Assembly: GCA_950097015.1 (NCBI GenBank) | Contig: CATNEN010000039.1 | Span: forward strand, 3,844,001-3,908,000 | Direction of reading: 5' to 3' | DNA length: 64,000 nucleotides | DNA from: Macrostomum hystrix | Taxonomy: Eukaryota; Animalia; Platyhelminthes | Part shown: piece after piece, positions 1 to 25,320 of the stretch | How the letters are laid out: the number at the start of each line of letters is the position of its first letter | Numbering within the stretch: position 1 is the stretch's first letter | Notes under the pieces: generated by a model | Told to the model about the DNA's origin: nothing | Seen by the model: only the letters and a program-made list of their open reading frames with translations | The model's database searches: none | Program-made: the position numbers and the translations under genes

Positions 1-308
1 GGTAGGGAACGGAACTTTCCTCCGACTAGCCAGGGTAGGGAACGGAAGTTTCCCCCGACTAGCCAGGGTAGGGAACGGAAGTTTCCCCCGACTAGCCAGG
101 GTAGGGAACGGAAGTTTCCCCCGACTAGCCAGGGTAGGGAACGGAAGTTTCCCCCGACTAGCCAGGGTAGGGAACGGAAGTTTCCCCCGACTAGCCAGGG
201 TAGGGAACGGAAGTTTCCCCCGACTAGCCAGGGTAGGGAACGGAAGTTTCCCCCGACTAGCCAGGGTAGGGAACGGAAGTTTCCCCCGACTAGCCAGGGT
301 AGGGAACG
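1..308. repeat. 33-bp minisatellite (GGTAGGGAACGGAAGTTTCCCCCGACTAGCCAG)n, about 9 copies, runs off the window edge
   Basis: Tandem units recur every 33 bp; lies in the intron following the last visible exon of the Ig gene. Confidence 0.95.
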
Positions 309-508
309 GCTGACAGACTCGACCTGTAAATCTACCTGTAAAAGGGACCCAAATTAACCTGTGAAACAGACCCAAATTTACCTTGTTAACTGACCCAGAT
401 TTTCGGCGCTAATGACCTGAAGTCTACGGTATAAAGCTGGCCAAACAGTAGCCCCATTTCTGACCCAATATTTCATTTACTGACCCATCCAGCAATGGGA
501 AAACTCAC

Positions 509-15203
<14,695 letters not shown>

Positions 15204-15327
15204 CGCGGAGAATATTTCCTGGAGTCCCGGAAGCTTGGCTAGCCAGACGGTGCCTTTGAAGAACCGAATCGTTCAGTGTTTAGAAATCCGAGTTTAAGGG
15301 CCCGGTAGCTTGCCAGGCAGAAGGTGG

Positions 15328-15410
15328 GTGCATTGGCCAGATTGACTGCTGAAGAGGTTGGCAGATTCTGATTGGCTGGCAGTCAAACTGGCTGACACGC
15401 AATTGGACAA
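15328..15410 (-). promoter_or_regulatory. Cluster of CCAAT boxes upstream of the Ig gene
   Basis: ATTGG on + (CCAAT on -) at about 15332, 15371 and 15402, 130-200 bp upstream of the ATG. Confidence 0.4.
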
Positions 15411-15896
15411 TGGCCATCGAGGAGTTTGATTCGGTCAGAGAGTTATCAGCCCTTCGCAAGCGAGCTCGGGGCTCTATTCCTGGAACTAAATTAGAGTTAG
15501 AGAACTTTTGCCTTATCTCTATTGATCGGTTTTGTCCTATCCGTTTCTACTCATAGCATTTTCAGATTCCCGTCATCCAACTCTTTGTTCTTTATGAGCC
15601 TCTTTCATCCCTTTTCCCTCTTCCCACCCCCGTCCTATCTCTCTCTCTCTAACGTATCGTTTATACAATTTTCCTCGTTTTTTGCCATTTTCCGTTTTTT
15701 TGAAAATATCAATTAACTTCTTCGCTAACTACTTTAAGTAGAAATTCATGTTCCACCACATAGCGGTTTCACTCAGACTACCTACGAGCCTCATTCTGCT
15801 AGTGAGTGGCACCGCGTAAAGTTAACCATAGAAGAGAACAGGATCCTGGAGATACTTAAATTTCCGATGCCATTAAAAAGTCTACAAGTCCAGAAA

Positions 15897-15970
15897 AGCA
15901 AACATACAAACAAACAAACAAACAAACAAACAAACAAACAAACAAACAAACAAAAAAACAAACAAACAAC
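15897..15970. repeat. (CAAA)n microsatellite
   Basis: Seen directly. Confidence 0.95.
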
Positions 15971-16559
15971 CATCCTAAAAAAGTCAAGGCCAAAAAAGCG
16001 ATGAGTTTTAGTCACCCGAAAAAAGTAAATTTTCCGAATCGGTAGTAGAACTAGACACGACCAGTGTCTCAGTGGCACCAAGTAAATTTTGCTAGAGAAG
16101 AAAAACAAAAAAGTTACCGCAAAATTTTGTTTTGATTTCGCGAAAAAATCACAAGAAGCAGGATTAACAGATTTGCGTATTTGCTATCTCAGAATTAACA
16201 AAAGTAAAAAAATAAAAAAAGCGAATACAATGAAACCGGCCTATCTGCGAACTGAAAGATTTTGATTTTGAATAGAGAGGTACGCAACAACATGATCAAT
16301 TAGTCTCCGTCTAACAATGAGAGATAACACTTTGTTTGAAATAAATAAAATTTAGTTCACAATTCACGGCTTGCAAACAGAAGCTGACCAGAGGAGAAAA
16401 TCAATCAGATAAAAAATCATCGGATTTTTTCTTAGAAATAGAAAAAAGAAGTTCGGTCTGCCTGCCGCTAACTAATTGTCCACCAATCAAATGTCAACAA
16501 GGCGGTCCAACTAAATTCTGGCTAAATATCATATTTGCGGGGGCCAAAGAGATTTGACA

Positions 16560-16803
16560 GGAGGGAAGAGGCAGGGATGAGGAAGAGGGAGAGGGAGAGA
16601 TGAGACAGGAGAGAGATGAGACAGGGGAAAGATGAGACACAGGAGAGATGAGACACAGGAGAGATGAGACAGGAGAGGGATGAGACAGGAGAGAGATGAG
16701 ACAGGAGAGAGATGAGACAGGAGAGGGATGAGACAGGGGAAAGATGAGACAGGGGAGAGATGAGACAGGGAGGAGATGTGAAAGGGGGGAGATAAGACAG
16801 GGA
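16560..16803. repeat. GA-rich ~18-bp minisatellite (GAGATGAGACAGGAGA..)
   Basis: Seen directly. Confidence 0.88.
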
Positions 16804-16917
16804 AAAGTTGTTGGGAGGTGCGAGGGGACCAGGCAAAGGATGTTCGAAGGGCCCGATCACTGTTCTCTGCCCACGATGGTCTAAAGCAAAGGTTTGTCGC
16901 GAATATGAGCAGTCCAG

Positions 16918-19387
16918 TCAGTGTTTGGTAAGCAGCAGTGGCTTGTAGCGATCGCCCCGGAGCCGGACTCCCATCCTGCAGTCCGTCTGGGTGGGCGGCA
17001 GAATCTCGTCACCATAGGAGGCGAAGTCATACTCGGCTGGCGGGGAGCCGGCGCACGGCGTCAGGCGGTAGTTGAGCAGCAGGCAGGCCACGTATTGTTT
17101 GAGCTGCAGCATTGACAGCCGCTGGCCGGGGCACAGGACGCCGTACGGCAGCACCGGCCGCTTCACCTCGCGACCGTTGTAGAAGGGCCGAAATTCGCTG
17201 GCGAAACGGTCGATGCAGAATGCCTGGAATCGATATTGCGCAGAGTGAGTTTGGTTCTGCTTAATTCACTCGGAATGGATAGCAAAACAGCTTGAAATCA
17301 CACCTAACCCAGCTGGGAGTCAGTGGCAGAGCGGTCTATCGTGTCTACCTCTCGCACCAAGGTCCCTGAGCTCGATTCCGCGGCGAGGCCGCATTAATTT
17401 GGGGCGCTGCCGCGGAGAGAAGGCTGGGGAGCTCCCAATTTACGCCCTTGAGGGACAACCTCCAAGGCATCCAAGGCACAGTGAGAGTGTACACTGCCTG
17501 ACGATGTGAAAGTCAGGGCAAACGCACACACCTGTGTGCTCAGGAGTCAGTGGAATGGGCAGAAATGAGCCATTGCACGCAGCCTCCAGAAATTATTGTT
17601 ATTGGGCCAGGTATGGCACAGCTCCAGCTATTGTAAGACGCTTGCAAGGCTGCGTACGGCTGTTCAGTCCGTGGACTGGGGAGGCTCAACAACCATCTGA
17701 AACCAGGCTGAAACACTGGGGAAATCAAGTGTCTCAACTTGGGCTTCGAATTCCCGATTTTCCCGATTCCCCAGCTCTAACCAATGGGCTACAAGTTCCC
17801 CCAATCAACCGAGCTCAGCCTCACCTCTGGATCAGAGTAGATGCTGGGGTCGCGGTGAAAGGACGGTGGGTACATGCTGACTAGGTCACCCTTGGGCAGG
17901 TGCCACACCTGGCCGTCCTCCATGCTGAAGCGAGTGTCCTCGGTGACCTCCCGCATGAGGAACAGGCCGGACGCCAGCCGGTAGGTCTCCTGAAGGCAGC
18001 TGTCTGCAAAGCCAGTTTAGATTTGGCTTGGATTCCTGGCTATGCGAGAATCGGCGACAAAATCACCGACAAATTTGTCAGCGGATCTTACCAAGGATTG
18101 GCAGTGACTCGAGCGTGTCCACGGACACCTGATAGACGGGTGAGCTGCACTCCTCCGTCTCATCTTCAAGCACGGCCGCCTCGACCTCCTCCAGCAGCTT
18201 GGCGGCCTGCTCCGGGTGGTGCATGAGGTTGTTGATGAGCCAGAAGGCGATCTTGCAGTTGTTGTGATAGACGTGCAGGTAGACCATGTTGTGCCCGGCG
18301 ACAGTCTCCTCGGTCCAGGAGCCGTCCAGCCACTTGCTGAGGCAGTCGCGCAGGTAGGGGTTGCAGGTTCCGTCCTGCAGGAGCTGCTTGGCGCCGGGGA
18401 AGACGCGGTAGATAGCGCGCCAGGCCGCGTCCGTGGCGGGGAACAGCCAGCTTGGCAGGCCCAGCCAGATGAAGATGAAGGACTTGTGAATCGGCTCGAA
18501 CAGCTGCTTCACCGCCCTGTAGTTGAAAGCCTTGCCATCGCAGTCTCCGTAGACGGTGTTGAAAATCGACCTAAACATTGTCTCGGTGATGAATTCGTTC
18601 ACCGACAGCTCCTTGGACTCCGACAGGCCGTGGGACACCAGCTCGAAGCTGCGGTTGGCGTGCCCGCTGAAGACGAAGGCATCTGTGTCGAAGGCCAGGC
18701 GGGCGTGCTTGCACATGTGGCGCAGCATTTTGGTCTCCTGAGGCGCACGGAAGCGGAAGACGTTCGTGTTGACCACACGCTGAATGGGGTGGAAGTCGAA
18801 GCTGCGAGTGCCCGAGAACTGCTGCACGTAGTGCGGGTTCATGAGGAAGTGGATCCGCTGGCCCAGCGGGAACCTGCAGGTGAACATGTCACCGAATTTA
18901 TGCCGGCAGGCCAGCAGGAAGGGAACGGCGTTGCGCCGGAACTCGTGCCCGCTGCCGACGAGTGGCAGGCCGGGGACCAGCGGCGGGGCGGGCTTCGGCG
19001 ACCTGGCGAGTCACGTGATTTAAAAAATGCCGATTGGAACTCATTGAGAGATAGGTAGGGGCTAATCCAAAACTAACCCTAACCCTAACCCCGACCCTAA
19101 CCCTAACCCTAACACTAGCCTTTCGAATGTTAGTTAGGGCTCAGTTAGACGTCCTGAAGGACTTACCTGGCTGCTCTCTGCTGCCAGCGGGCACGCAGTC
19201 CCAGCAGGAGCTGGACAGTCAGCATCGCGGCGGCCAGGCAGAAGCTCAGCTGCCAGGAGGTCAGGCGGGCCAACAGCACGCAGGCGGCCGCCACCAAGTA
19301 GTGCCGCTCCACGAAGCCAGATTGGCTCTTCGGCATGCTGGTCTTGCTGCTGCTGCTGCTGCAGAGGGACGAAGCGGAATGCATCAT
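16918..19387 (-). CDS. Cytochrome P450, CYP7/CYP8 clan (sterol 7-alpha-hydroxylase / prostacyclin synthase-like), about 538 aa, 4 exons
   Basis: Exons 19387-19167, 19002-18092, 18003-17825, 17223-16918 (1617 nt, phases 2,1,0). N-terminal membrane anchor, PPLVPGLPLVG hinge, AFW I-helix end, ExxR (ETYR), HRDPSIY..PE.F..DRF meander, heme Cys in LCPG. Alternative start at ATG 19336. Confidence 0.92.
17315..17770 (+). mobile_element. tRNA-derived SINE-like insertion in P450 intron 3
   Basis: Head GGGAGTCAGTGGCAGAGCGG with A box TGGCAGAGCGG (17324-17334) and B-box-like GAGCTCGATTCC (17368-17379) at tRNA spacing; possible CCCAGCT TSD (17308-17314 / 17770-17776); 3' end uncertain. Confidence 0.55.
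19073..19113. repeat. Interstitial telomeric-type tract (CCCTAA)n in P450 intron 1
   Basis: CTAACCCTAACCCTAACCCCGACCCTAACCCTAACCCTAAC. Confidence 0.85.
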
Positions 19388-20037
19388 CGCAATGGCGGAG
19401 GCTTCTGCTAGCAGATTGGACAAGTTCTGACGCCAGCCGATCGAGCAGGTGGTTGGTGAAAAGCTTCGAAGCTGGCTCGGTTGTGCCGCATTTATAGAAC
19501 TCGGCAGTCCGGGGGTTGCCGACCTGGCAGTCTGGTGGGGTGGGTGAGACACGCCCTCCGCTCGAGTTTTTTCTTGCTAGAAGAATCCAAAGTAGCGATA
19601 GGCCAACAGACACTTGCAGGCTGCAGTCCCGGCTCCCACAGTTTAGAAGTTTGGAAAGGTCAAAGTTAAAGTTTCGCCAGAAAATTTTCGACTAAACAGT
19701 TCCGACTAGGATGTATCAGTTTTCGGGTCTAATTTGGCGATCAAAAGCCTCTAAAAATTGGTGGCTTGTGCTTGTGAATCTGTTTAAATTACTATCGAAA
19801 GCGAAACAGTTTTACGAAACTTTTAATTTGATTCCATTAGTGTCTGAATTAGCTTTCGTCAGCTTACCTGCTTGACAGTTTTTTTAAATAAGTGAAAACG
19901 AAAAATAAGAAAAATTGACTAATTTCGCCAGTTGTCCTATAGTAAGAAAAAAAAATCCAAGTTTCATTCTGCTAAAAGTTCTATGAGTTTATTTCTATAC
20001 TAGCGACTGTTTCTCAGAGAGATCCTATTAAACAGTT

Positions 20038-20314
20038 GAGCCCCTATCAAACAGATAAGAGCCCTGATTAAACAGGTAAGGGGCCTTTTCAAACAAGTGA
20101 GAGCCCTGATCAAACAGATAAGAGCCCTGATCAAACAGATAAGAGCCCTGATCAAACAGATAAGAGCCCTGATCAAACAGATAAGAGCCCTGATCAAACA
20201 GATAAGAGCCCTGATCAAACAGATAAGAGCCCTGATCAAACAGATAAGAGCCCTGATCAAACAGATAAGAGCCCTGATTAAACAGGTAAGGGACCTTTTC
20301 AAACAGATGAGAGC
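20038..20314. repeat. 21-bp minisatellite (AGAGCCCTGATCAAACAGATA)n
   Basis: About 13 tandem units. Confidence 0.95.
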
Positions 20315-20879
20315 CACTACTTAATAGGTGAGAACTTAAAAAACTAATAGGTGAGAGCTACTTTTTAACAGGTGAGATCTAACATCTATCTTACAGGTGA
20401 TATCTGCGATCTAACAGGTGATGCAAGATTTTATCTGACAGTCGGTCGAAGCGCAGATGTCTGCGGAAATAGTCGCCAGAGAATATTTCACACGAGCTGA
20501 TTGCCAGCTTCTTATTAGCCGGTAGAATGCGGCAGTCGTATTCACACGCCGCACAAGTGCCAGCAGCCATACTCTGGCTAGCTCTCCGCCTTCCTACAGC
20601 TGGTGGATAACTGGCGTTTTGTTCACCGCCGACTCGACTTGCTGTACTTTTCCTGCCCAATTCAGACCGAATTGTAAAAACTTCGCGGAAAAAAAGAGAG
20701 GCGCGAACTTTGCCGCGATGGACTTCTAAATATAGACTGGCTTCAGATAGTGTTAGTGGGAATCGGTAGAGTGCCCCCTCACACACCCAGTACTATTCCA
20801 CTGCCTGAGAAAGCTAAAGACTTACTAATTCGTGCAGCCGTAGACAGTACTACCGACTGAACTACTCTTTTATAACACT

Positions 20880-21430
20880 TCTCCCATCCTCTCCCACTCT
20901 CCTATCTTTCTCCCATCTCTCCCATCTCTCTCCCCTCTCTCCCATCTCTCCCATCTCTCACCAACTCTCCCATCTCTCACCAACTCTCCCATCTCTCACC
21001 AACTCTCCCATCTCTCACCAACTCTCCCATCTCTCACCAACTCTCCCATCTCTCACCAACTCTCTCATCTCTCACCAACTCTCCCATCTCTCACCAACTC
21101 TCCCATCTCTCACCAACTCTCCCATCTCTCACCAACTCTCCCATCTCTCACCAACTCTCCCATCTCTCAAACCACTCTCCCATCTCTCACCAACTCTCCT
21201 ATCTCTCACCAACTCTCCCATCTCTCAAACCACTCTCCCATCTCTCACCAACTCTCCTATCTGTCAAACCACTCTCCCATCTCTCTCCCACTCTCCCATC
21301 GTGCTCTCCCACTAACCCATCTCTCTCCCACTCACCCATCTCTCTCCCACTCTCTGATCTCACTCTCCCACTCTCCCATCTCACTCTCCCACTCTCCCAT
21401 CTCGCTCTGTCACTCTCCCATTTTCCCATC
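20880..21430. repeat. CT-rich 20-bp minisatellite (CTCTCCCATCTCTCACCAA-)n
   Basis: Seen directly. Confidence 0.92.
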
Positions 21431-23002
21431 TCGAAAATTGGATTCAAGCTAGAACGCTTCAAGCTTAAAAAAATTAGCAAGAATGTCTTCTATACCTGTT
21501 TAATTAAAAGCAATAAAATGATTTATCGACTTAAGCGAACGTAGGTTAAAGTGCATCGAGCAGTTAAAGAGCCAGTTCCAGTTCTTTTATTGCCTGCTTC
21601 CTACCAGACTGAGAGCCGGACTGCGCAAATTCATCTCATTCGACGGCACTGACTGCAGAAACTTTTGTTTACCTTTTTCGGCCGACAATCCAATTAAATT
21701 GCTCAAGGTTAACGAGCATGCAGGTCCCCACCTCGAATTAAGAATAAGAATATACAGGCAAGGAGTTTCTCTGCAAAACATGCCAAAAATTCAAGCCAGT
21801 TTCTAAGAAAATAATTTTGTCATCAGTTGCGCGGAGTAAAACAACATTATTGTCTGAAAATTGCTTTGGCGTTTACGGAAGAGAATAACGGCAATTCGAT
21901 CTGAGCATTTTTCAATTTTACGTAGCTCAAATTTTTGAGAATTTTAAATTGGAATTTTCATTGCAAGACCATATTTCTCGGCGCTATGAACTTCTCTTGA
22001 TATTTCCCCAGCCAGACAGAAGTTTCTGTTTCAGAGAGTCCAAAAGTTGCCCTTCTGTTTCTCTGTCTCTCGACTTGGAAAGCGCGTGCGTGCGCGTTAC
22101 GAGCGTATTTACGGAAATAAAAAATATATGCGAGCCATGAAACCCACAGGAAAAGTTCACAATCAATGAGTTCTCTGTTTTTTTACTGTTCAGGTTCCGG
22201 CCCGCTAGGATGTACTTTCCGCCGAAGCCCAGACTAAAGACCTGCGTGGGAACCGAGGCAACCCAACCAAGAAAGCCAGACGGCCTGTCAGGGAGGTCGG
22301 GCCGGAGGTCATCCTGCGCAGCTGCGGTGATCAGACGAAATTGTCTGTCCCGGAATGAGGCCACAAACTGCCGTCTCTCACACCCACAATGAAACAATTG
22401 CAAAGCTGTCTGAAGCTTCATATTAAACAGGAAACAATTAGAGGACCTGGCCTGGATTCTGCAGTTGCTGCACTTCTTTGCTATCAATGTTCTGTAATGT
22501 CACTCACTACAGTATCACTTTGAGAAAATTATCAGCAAATATCAGAGCCAAAAAAGAACTAATTTCATTGACTTTGAAGTGCTGCCTCGGCGCAAATGTC
22601 TGCTGGGGTGGGTTATTGCTGGGGTGGGCGCCGGTTTGGGAGAGTGTTTGCTGGGGTGGGTGCCTGCTGAGGAGAATGGCTTCCAGGGTCGATACTGGCT
22701 GGCAATCCTCGCTATTTTGGCTTTGTTCAAACTGAAAATCAATTATCAGAATATTCCGGATATTCCTTCGGCCATGATTGACCATCTAAATAACGCTGGA
22801 AAGTGCTTAGACACTTAAATGCTTAGACGCATCTTAAGAAAGCCGCAGCCAGACACCAATTGTCTATGGCCGAAAACAGGCCGCGGGCGCTAATACAAAT
22901 CGGGCTATGAAAACAGGATCGCCCTAAGTGAAAAGTGAAAGTGCTACCACAAAGGCTTATCTAACTCGCATAGAGCAACAGTTTGCAAGTCAGCCAGAGC
23001 AA

Positions 23003-25237
23003 ATGGATAACCGAAAGCGCTCACAGCAATCCAACAGCCGATCGCCAAAGTCGTCGGAGCCGCCGGCGCAAGCGGAGAGAGAGAAAAATGCCAACAATGA
23101 ACCAGACAATAAGCCAGACAATCTGCTGATGAAATGGTTTTATGAGGTTGATGTTGAAAATCGCGGCTTCATCACTTTTGACGGCCTGATGGCTGTCTGC
23201 AAGAAAGATGGCATCACAGAGTCCTCGGCGAAGGAGATGTTCGACGTGCTGGACGTCAACAACGACGGCAAGATCACGCTGCGCGAGTATAAAGTGTTGC
23301 TTGGCATCTACCCGGAGGAGATCCGAGAGGAGGAAACCTGGCAGCTCATCTTCGAGAACATCGACGAGGAGAATAAGTTAGAAAAGCTGGAGTTCAAAGA
23401 GGTTGAAAAGTTCTTGAACACACCGTTTGGACAGCGGATCGCGCTGAATGTGCGCAAGCAGGACCTGAAGCGCTTCCGCCAGGCTGTGTGCCCCGATATG
23501 GACACCTTCAGCAAGATAGAATTTGTCAACTGGCTTCGAAAAGACAGAAAGAAAGACGGACTAAAAGACAGAAACAATAAAGAATACCACAGCCGATCGC
23601 CAAAGTCGTCGGAGCCGCCGGCGCAAGCGGAGAGAGAGAAAAATGCCAACAATGAGCCAGACAATAAGCCAGACAATCTGCTGATGAAATGGTTTTATGA
23701 GGTTGATGTTGAAAATCGCGGCTTCATCACTTTTGACGGCCTGATGGCTGTCTGCAAGAAAGATGGTATCACAGAGTCCTCGGCGAAGGAGATGTTCGAC
23801 GTGCTGGACGTCAACAACGACGGCAAGATCACGCTGCGCGAGTATAAAGTGTTGCTCGGCATCTACCCGGAGGAGATCCGAGAGGAGGAAACCTGGCAGC
23901 TCATCTTCGAGAACATCGACGAGGAGAATAAGTTAGAAAAGCTGGAGTTCAAAGAGGTTGAAAAGTTCTTGAACACACCGTTTGGACAGCGGATCGCGCT
24001 GAATGTGCGCAAGCAGGACCTGAAGCGCTTCCGCCAGGCTGTGTGCCCCGATATAGACACCTTCAGCAAGATAGAATTTGTCAACTGGCTTCGAAAAGAC
24101 AGACAGAAAGACGGACTAAAAGACAGAAACAATAAAGAATACCACAGCCGATCGCCAAAGTCGTCGGAGCCGCCGGCGCAAGCGGAGAGAGAGAAAAATG
24201 CCAACAATGAGCCAGACAATAAGCCAGACAATCTGCTGATGAAATGGTTTTATGAGGTTGATGTTGAAAATCGCGGCTTCATCACTTTTGACGGCCTGAT
24301 GGCTGTCTGCAAGAAAGATGGTATCACAGAGTCCTCGGCGAAGGAGATGTTCGACGTGCTGGACGTCAACAACGACGGCAAGATCACGCTGCGCGAGTAT
24401 AAAGTGTTGCTCGGCATCTACCCGGAGGAGATCCGAGAGGAGGAAACCTGGCAGCTCATCTTCGAGAACATCGACGAGGAGAATAAGTTAGAAAAGCTGG
24501 AGTTCAAAGAGGTTGAAAAGTTCTTGAACACACCGTTTGGACAGCGGATCGCGCTGAATGTGCGCAAGCAGGACCTGAAGCGCTTCCGCCAGGCTGTGTG
24601 CCCCGATATAGACACCTTCAGCAAGATAGAATTTGTCAACTGGCTTCGAAAAGACAGACAGAAAGACGGACTAAAAGACAGAAACAATAAAGAATACCAC
24701 AGCCGATCGCCAAAGTCGTCGGAGCCGCCGGCGCAAGCGGAGAGAGAGAAAAATGCCAACAATGAGCCAGACAATAAGCCAGACAATCTGCTGATGAAAT
24801 GGTTTTATGAGGTTGATGTTGAAAATCGCGGCTTCATCACTTTTGACGGCCTGATGGCTGTCTGCAAGAAAGATGGCATCACAGAGTCCTCGGCGAAGGA
24901 GATGTTCGACGTGCTGGACGTCAACAACGACGGCAAGATCACGCTGCGCGAGTATAAAGTGTTGCTCGGCATCTACCCGGAGGAGATCCGAGAGGAGGAA
25001 ACCTGGCAGCTCATCTTCGAGAACATCGACGAGGAGAATAAGTTAGAAAAGCTGGAGTTCAAAGAGGTTGAAAAGTTCTTGAACACCCCGTTTGGACAGC
25101 GGATCGCGCTGAATGTGCGCAAGCAGGACCTGAAGCGCTTCCGCCAGGCTGTGTGCCCCGATATGGACACCTTCAGCAAGATAGAATTTGTCAACTGGCT
25201 TCGAAAAGACAGAAAGAATAAAGGATCCGACAGCTGA
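23003..25237 (+). CDS. Multi-EF-hand calcium-binding protein made of four tandem 185-aa modules (flatworm 16-kDa/SME16-like calcium-binding module)
   Basis: Uninterrupted ORF; first ATG at 23003 (the track start at 22928 is GTG). EF loops DVENRGFITFDG and DVNNDGKITLRE plus degenerate EF3/EF4 (WQLIFENIDEE...; FSKIEFVNWLR); units start 23036, 23591, 24146, 24701; AATAAA at 25378. Confidence 0.85.
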   Translation: MDNRKRSQQSNSRSPKSSEPPAQAEREKNANNEPDNKPDNLLMKWFYEVDVENRGFITFDGLMAVCKKDGITESSAKEMFDVLDVNNDGKITLREYKVLLGIYPEEIREEETWQLIFENIDEENKLEKLEFKEVEKFLNTPFGQRIALNVRKQDLKRFRQAVCPDMDTFSKIEFVNWLRKDRKKDGLKDRNNKEYHSRSPKSSEPPAQAEREKNANNEPDNKPDNLLMKWFYEVDVENRGFITFDGLMAVCKKDGITESSAKEMFDVLDVNNDGKITLREYKVLLGIYPEEIREEETWQLIFENIDEENKLEKLEFKEVEKFLNTPFGQRIALNVRKQDLKRFRQAVCPDIDTFSKIEFVNWLRKDRQKDGLKDRNNKEYHSRSPKSSEPPAQAEREKNANNEPDNKPDNLLMKWFYEVDVENRGFITFDGLMAVCKKDGITESSAKEMFDVLDVNNDGKITLREYKVLLGIYPEEIREEETWQLIFENIDEENKLEKLEFKEVEKFLNTPFGQRIALNVRKQDLKRFRQAVCPDIDTFSKIEFVNWLRKDRQKDGLKDRNNKEYHSRSPKSSEPPAQAEREKNANNEPDNKPDNLLMKWFYEVDVENRGFITFDGLMAVCKKDGITESSAKEMFDVLDVNNDGKITLREYKVLLGIYPEEIREEETWQLIFENIDEENKLEKLEFKEVEKFLNTPFGQRIALNVRKQDLKRFRQAVCPDMDTFSKIEFVNWLRKDRKNKGSDS

Positions 25238-25320
25238 TCGCTGAAGTCGTCGGAGTCGCTGCCGCAAGCGAAGACAGCGCAAAAGTAAGCCAGACACTAA
25301 GCCGGACAATCTCAGGAAGA
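23036..25320 (+). repeat. 555-bp coding tandem repeat, 4 copies plus a degenerate partial fifth
   Basis: Copies differ at only a handful of sites. Confidence 0.97.

Noticed and set aside
17315-17392. Functional tRNA gene
   Set aside because: B box mismatched (GCTCGA rather than GTTCGA), poor acceptor-stem pairing and no oligo-T terminator directly after; better explained as a SINE head
18216-19058. 280-aa plus-strand ORF
   Set aside because: Antisense shadow of the GC3-rich P450 exon 2
20000-20324. Heptad coiled-coil-like ORFs (IRALIKQ)n / (LICLIRA)n
   Set aside because: Translation of a 21-bp minisatellite, with no splice or start context
22196-22392. Good acceptor (ttttttactgttcag) followed by a 60-aa ORF upstream of the EF-hand gene
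   Set aside because: No recognisable domain or matching donor; could be a 5' UTR or trans-splice acceptor but cannot be supported from sequence alone
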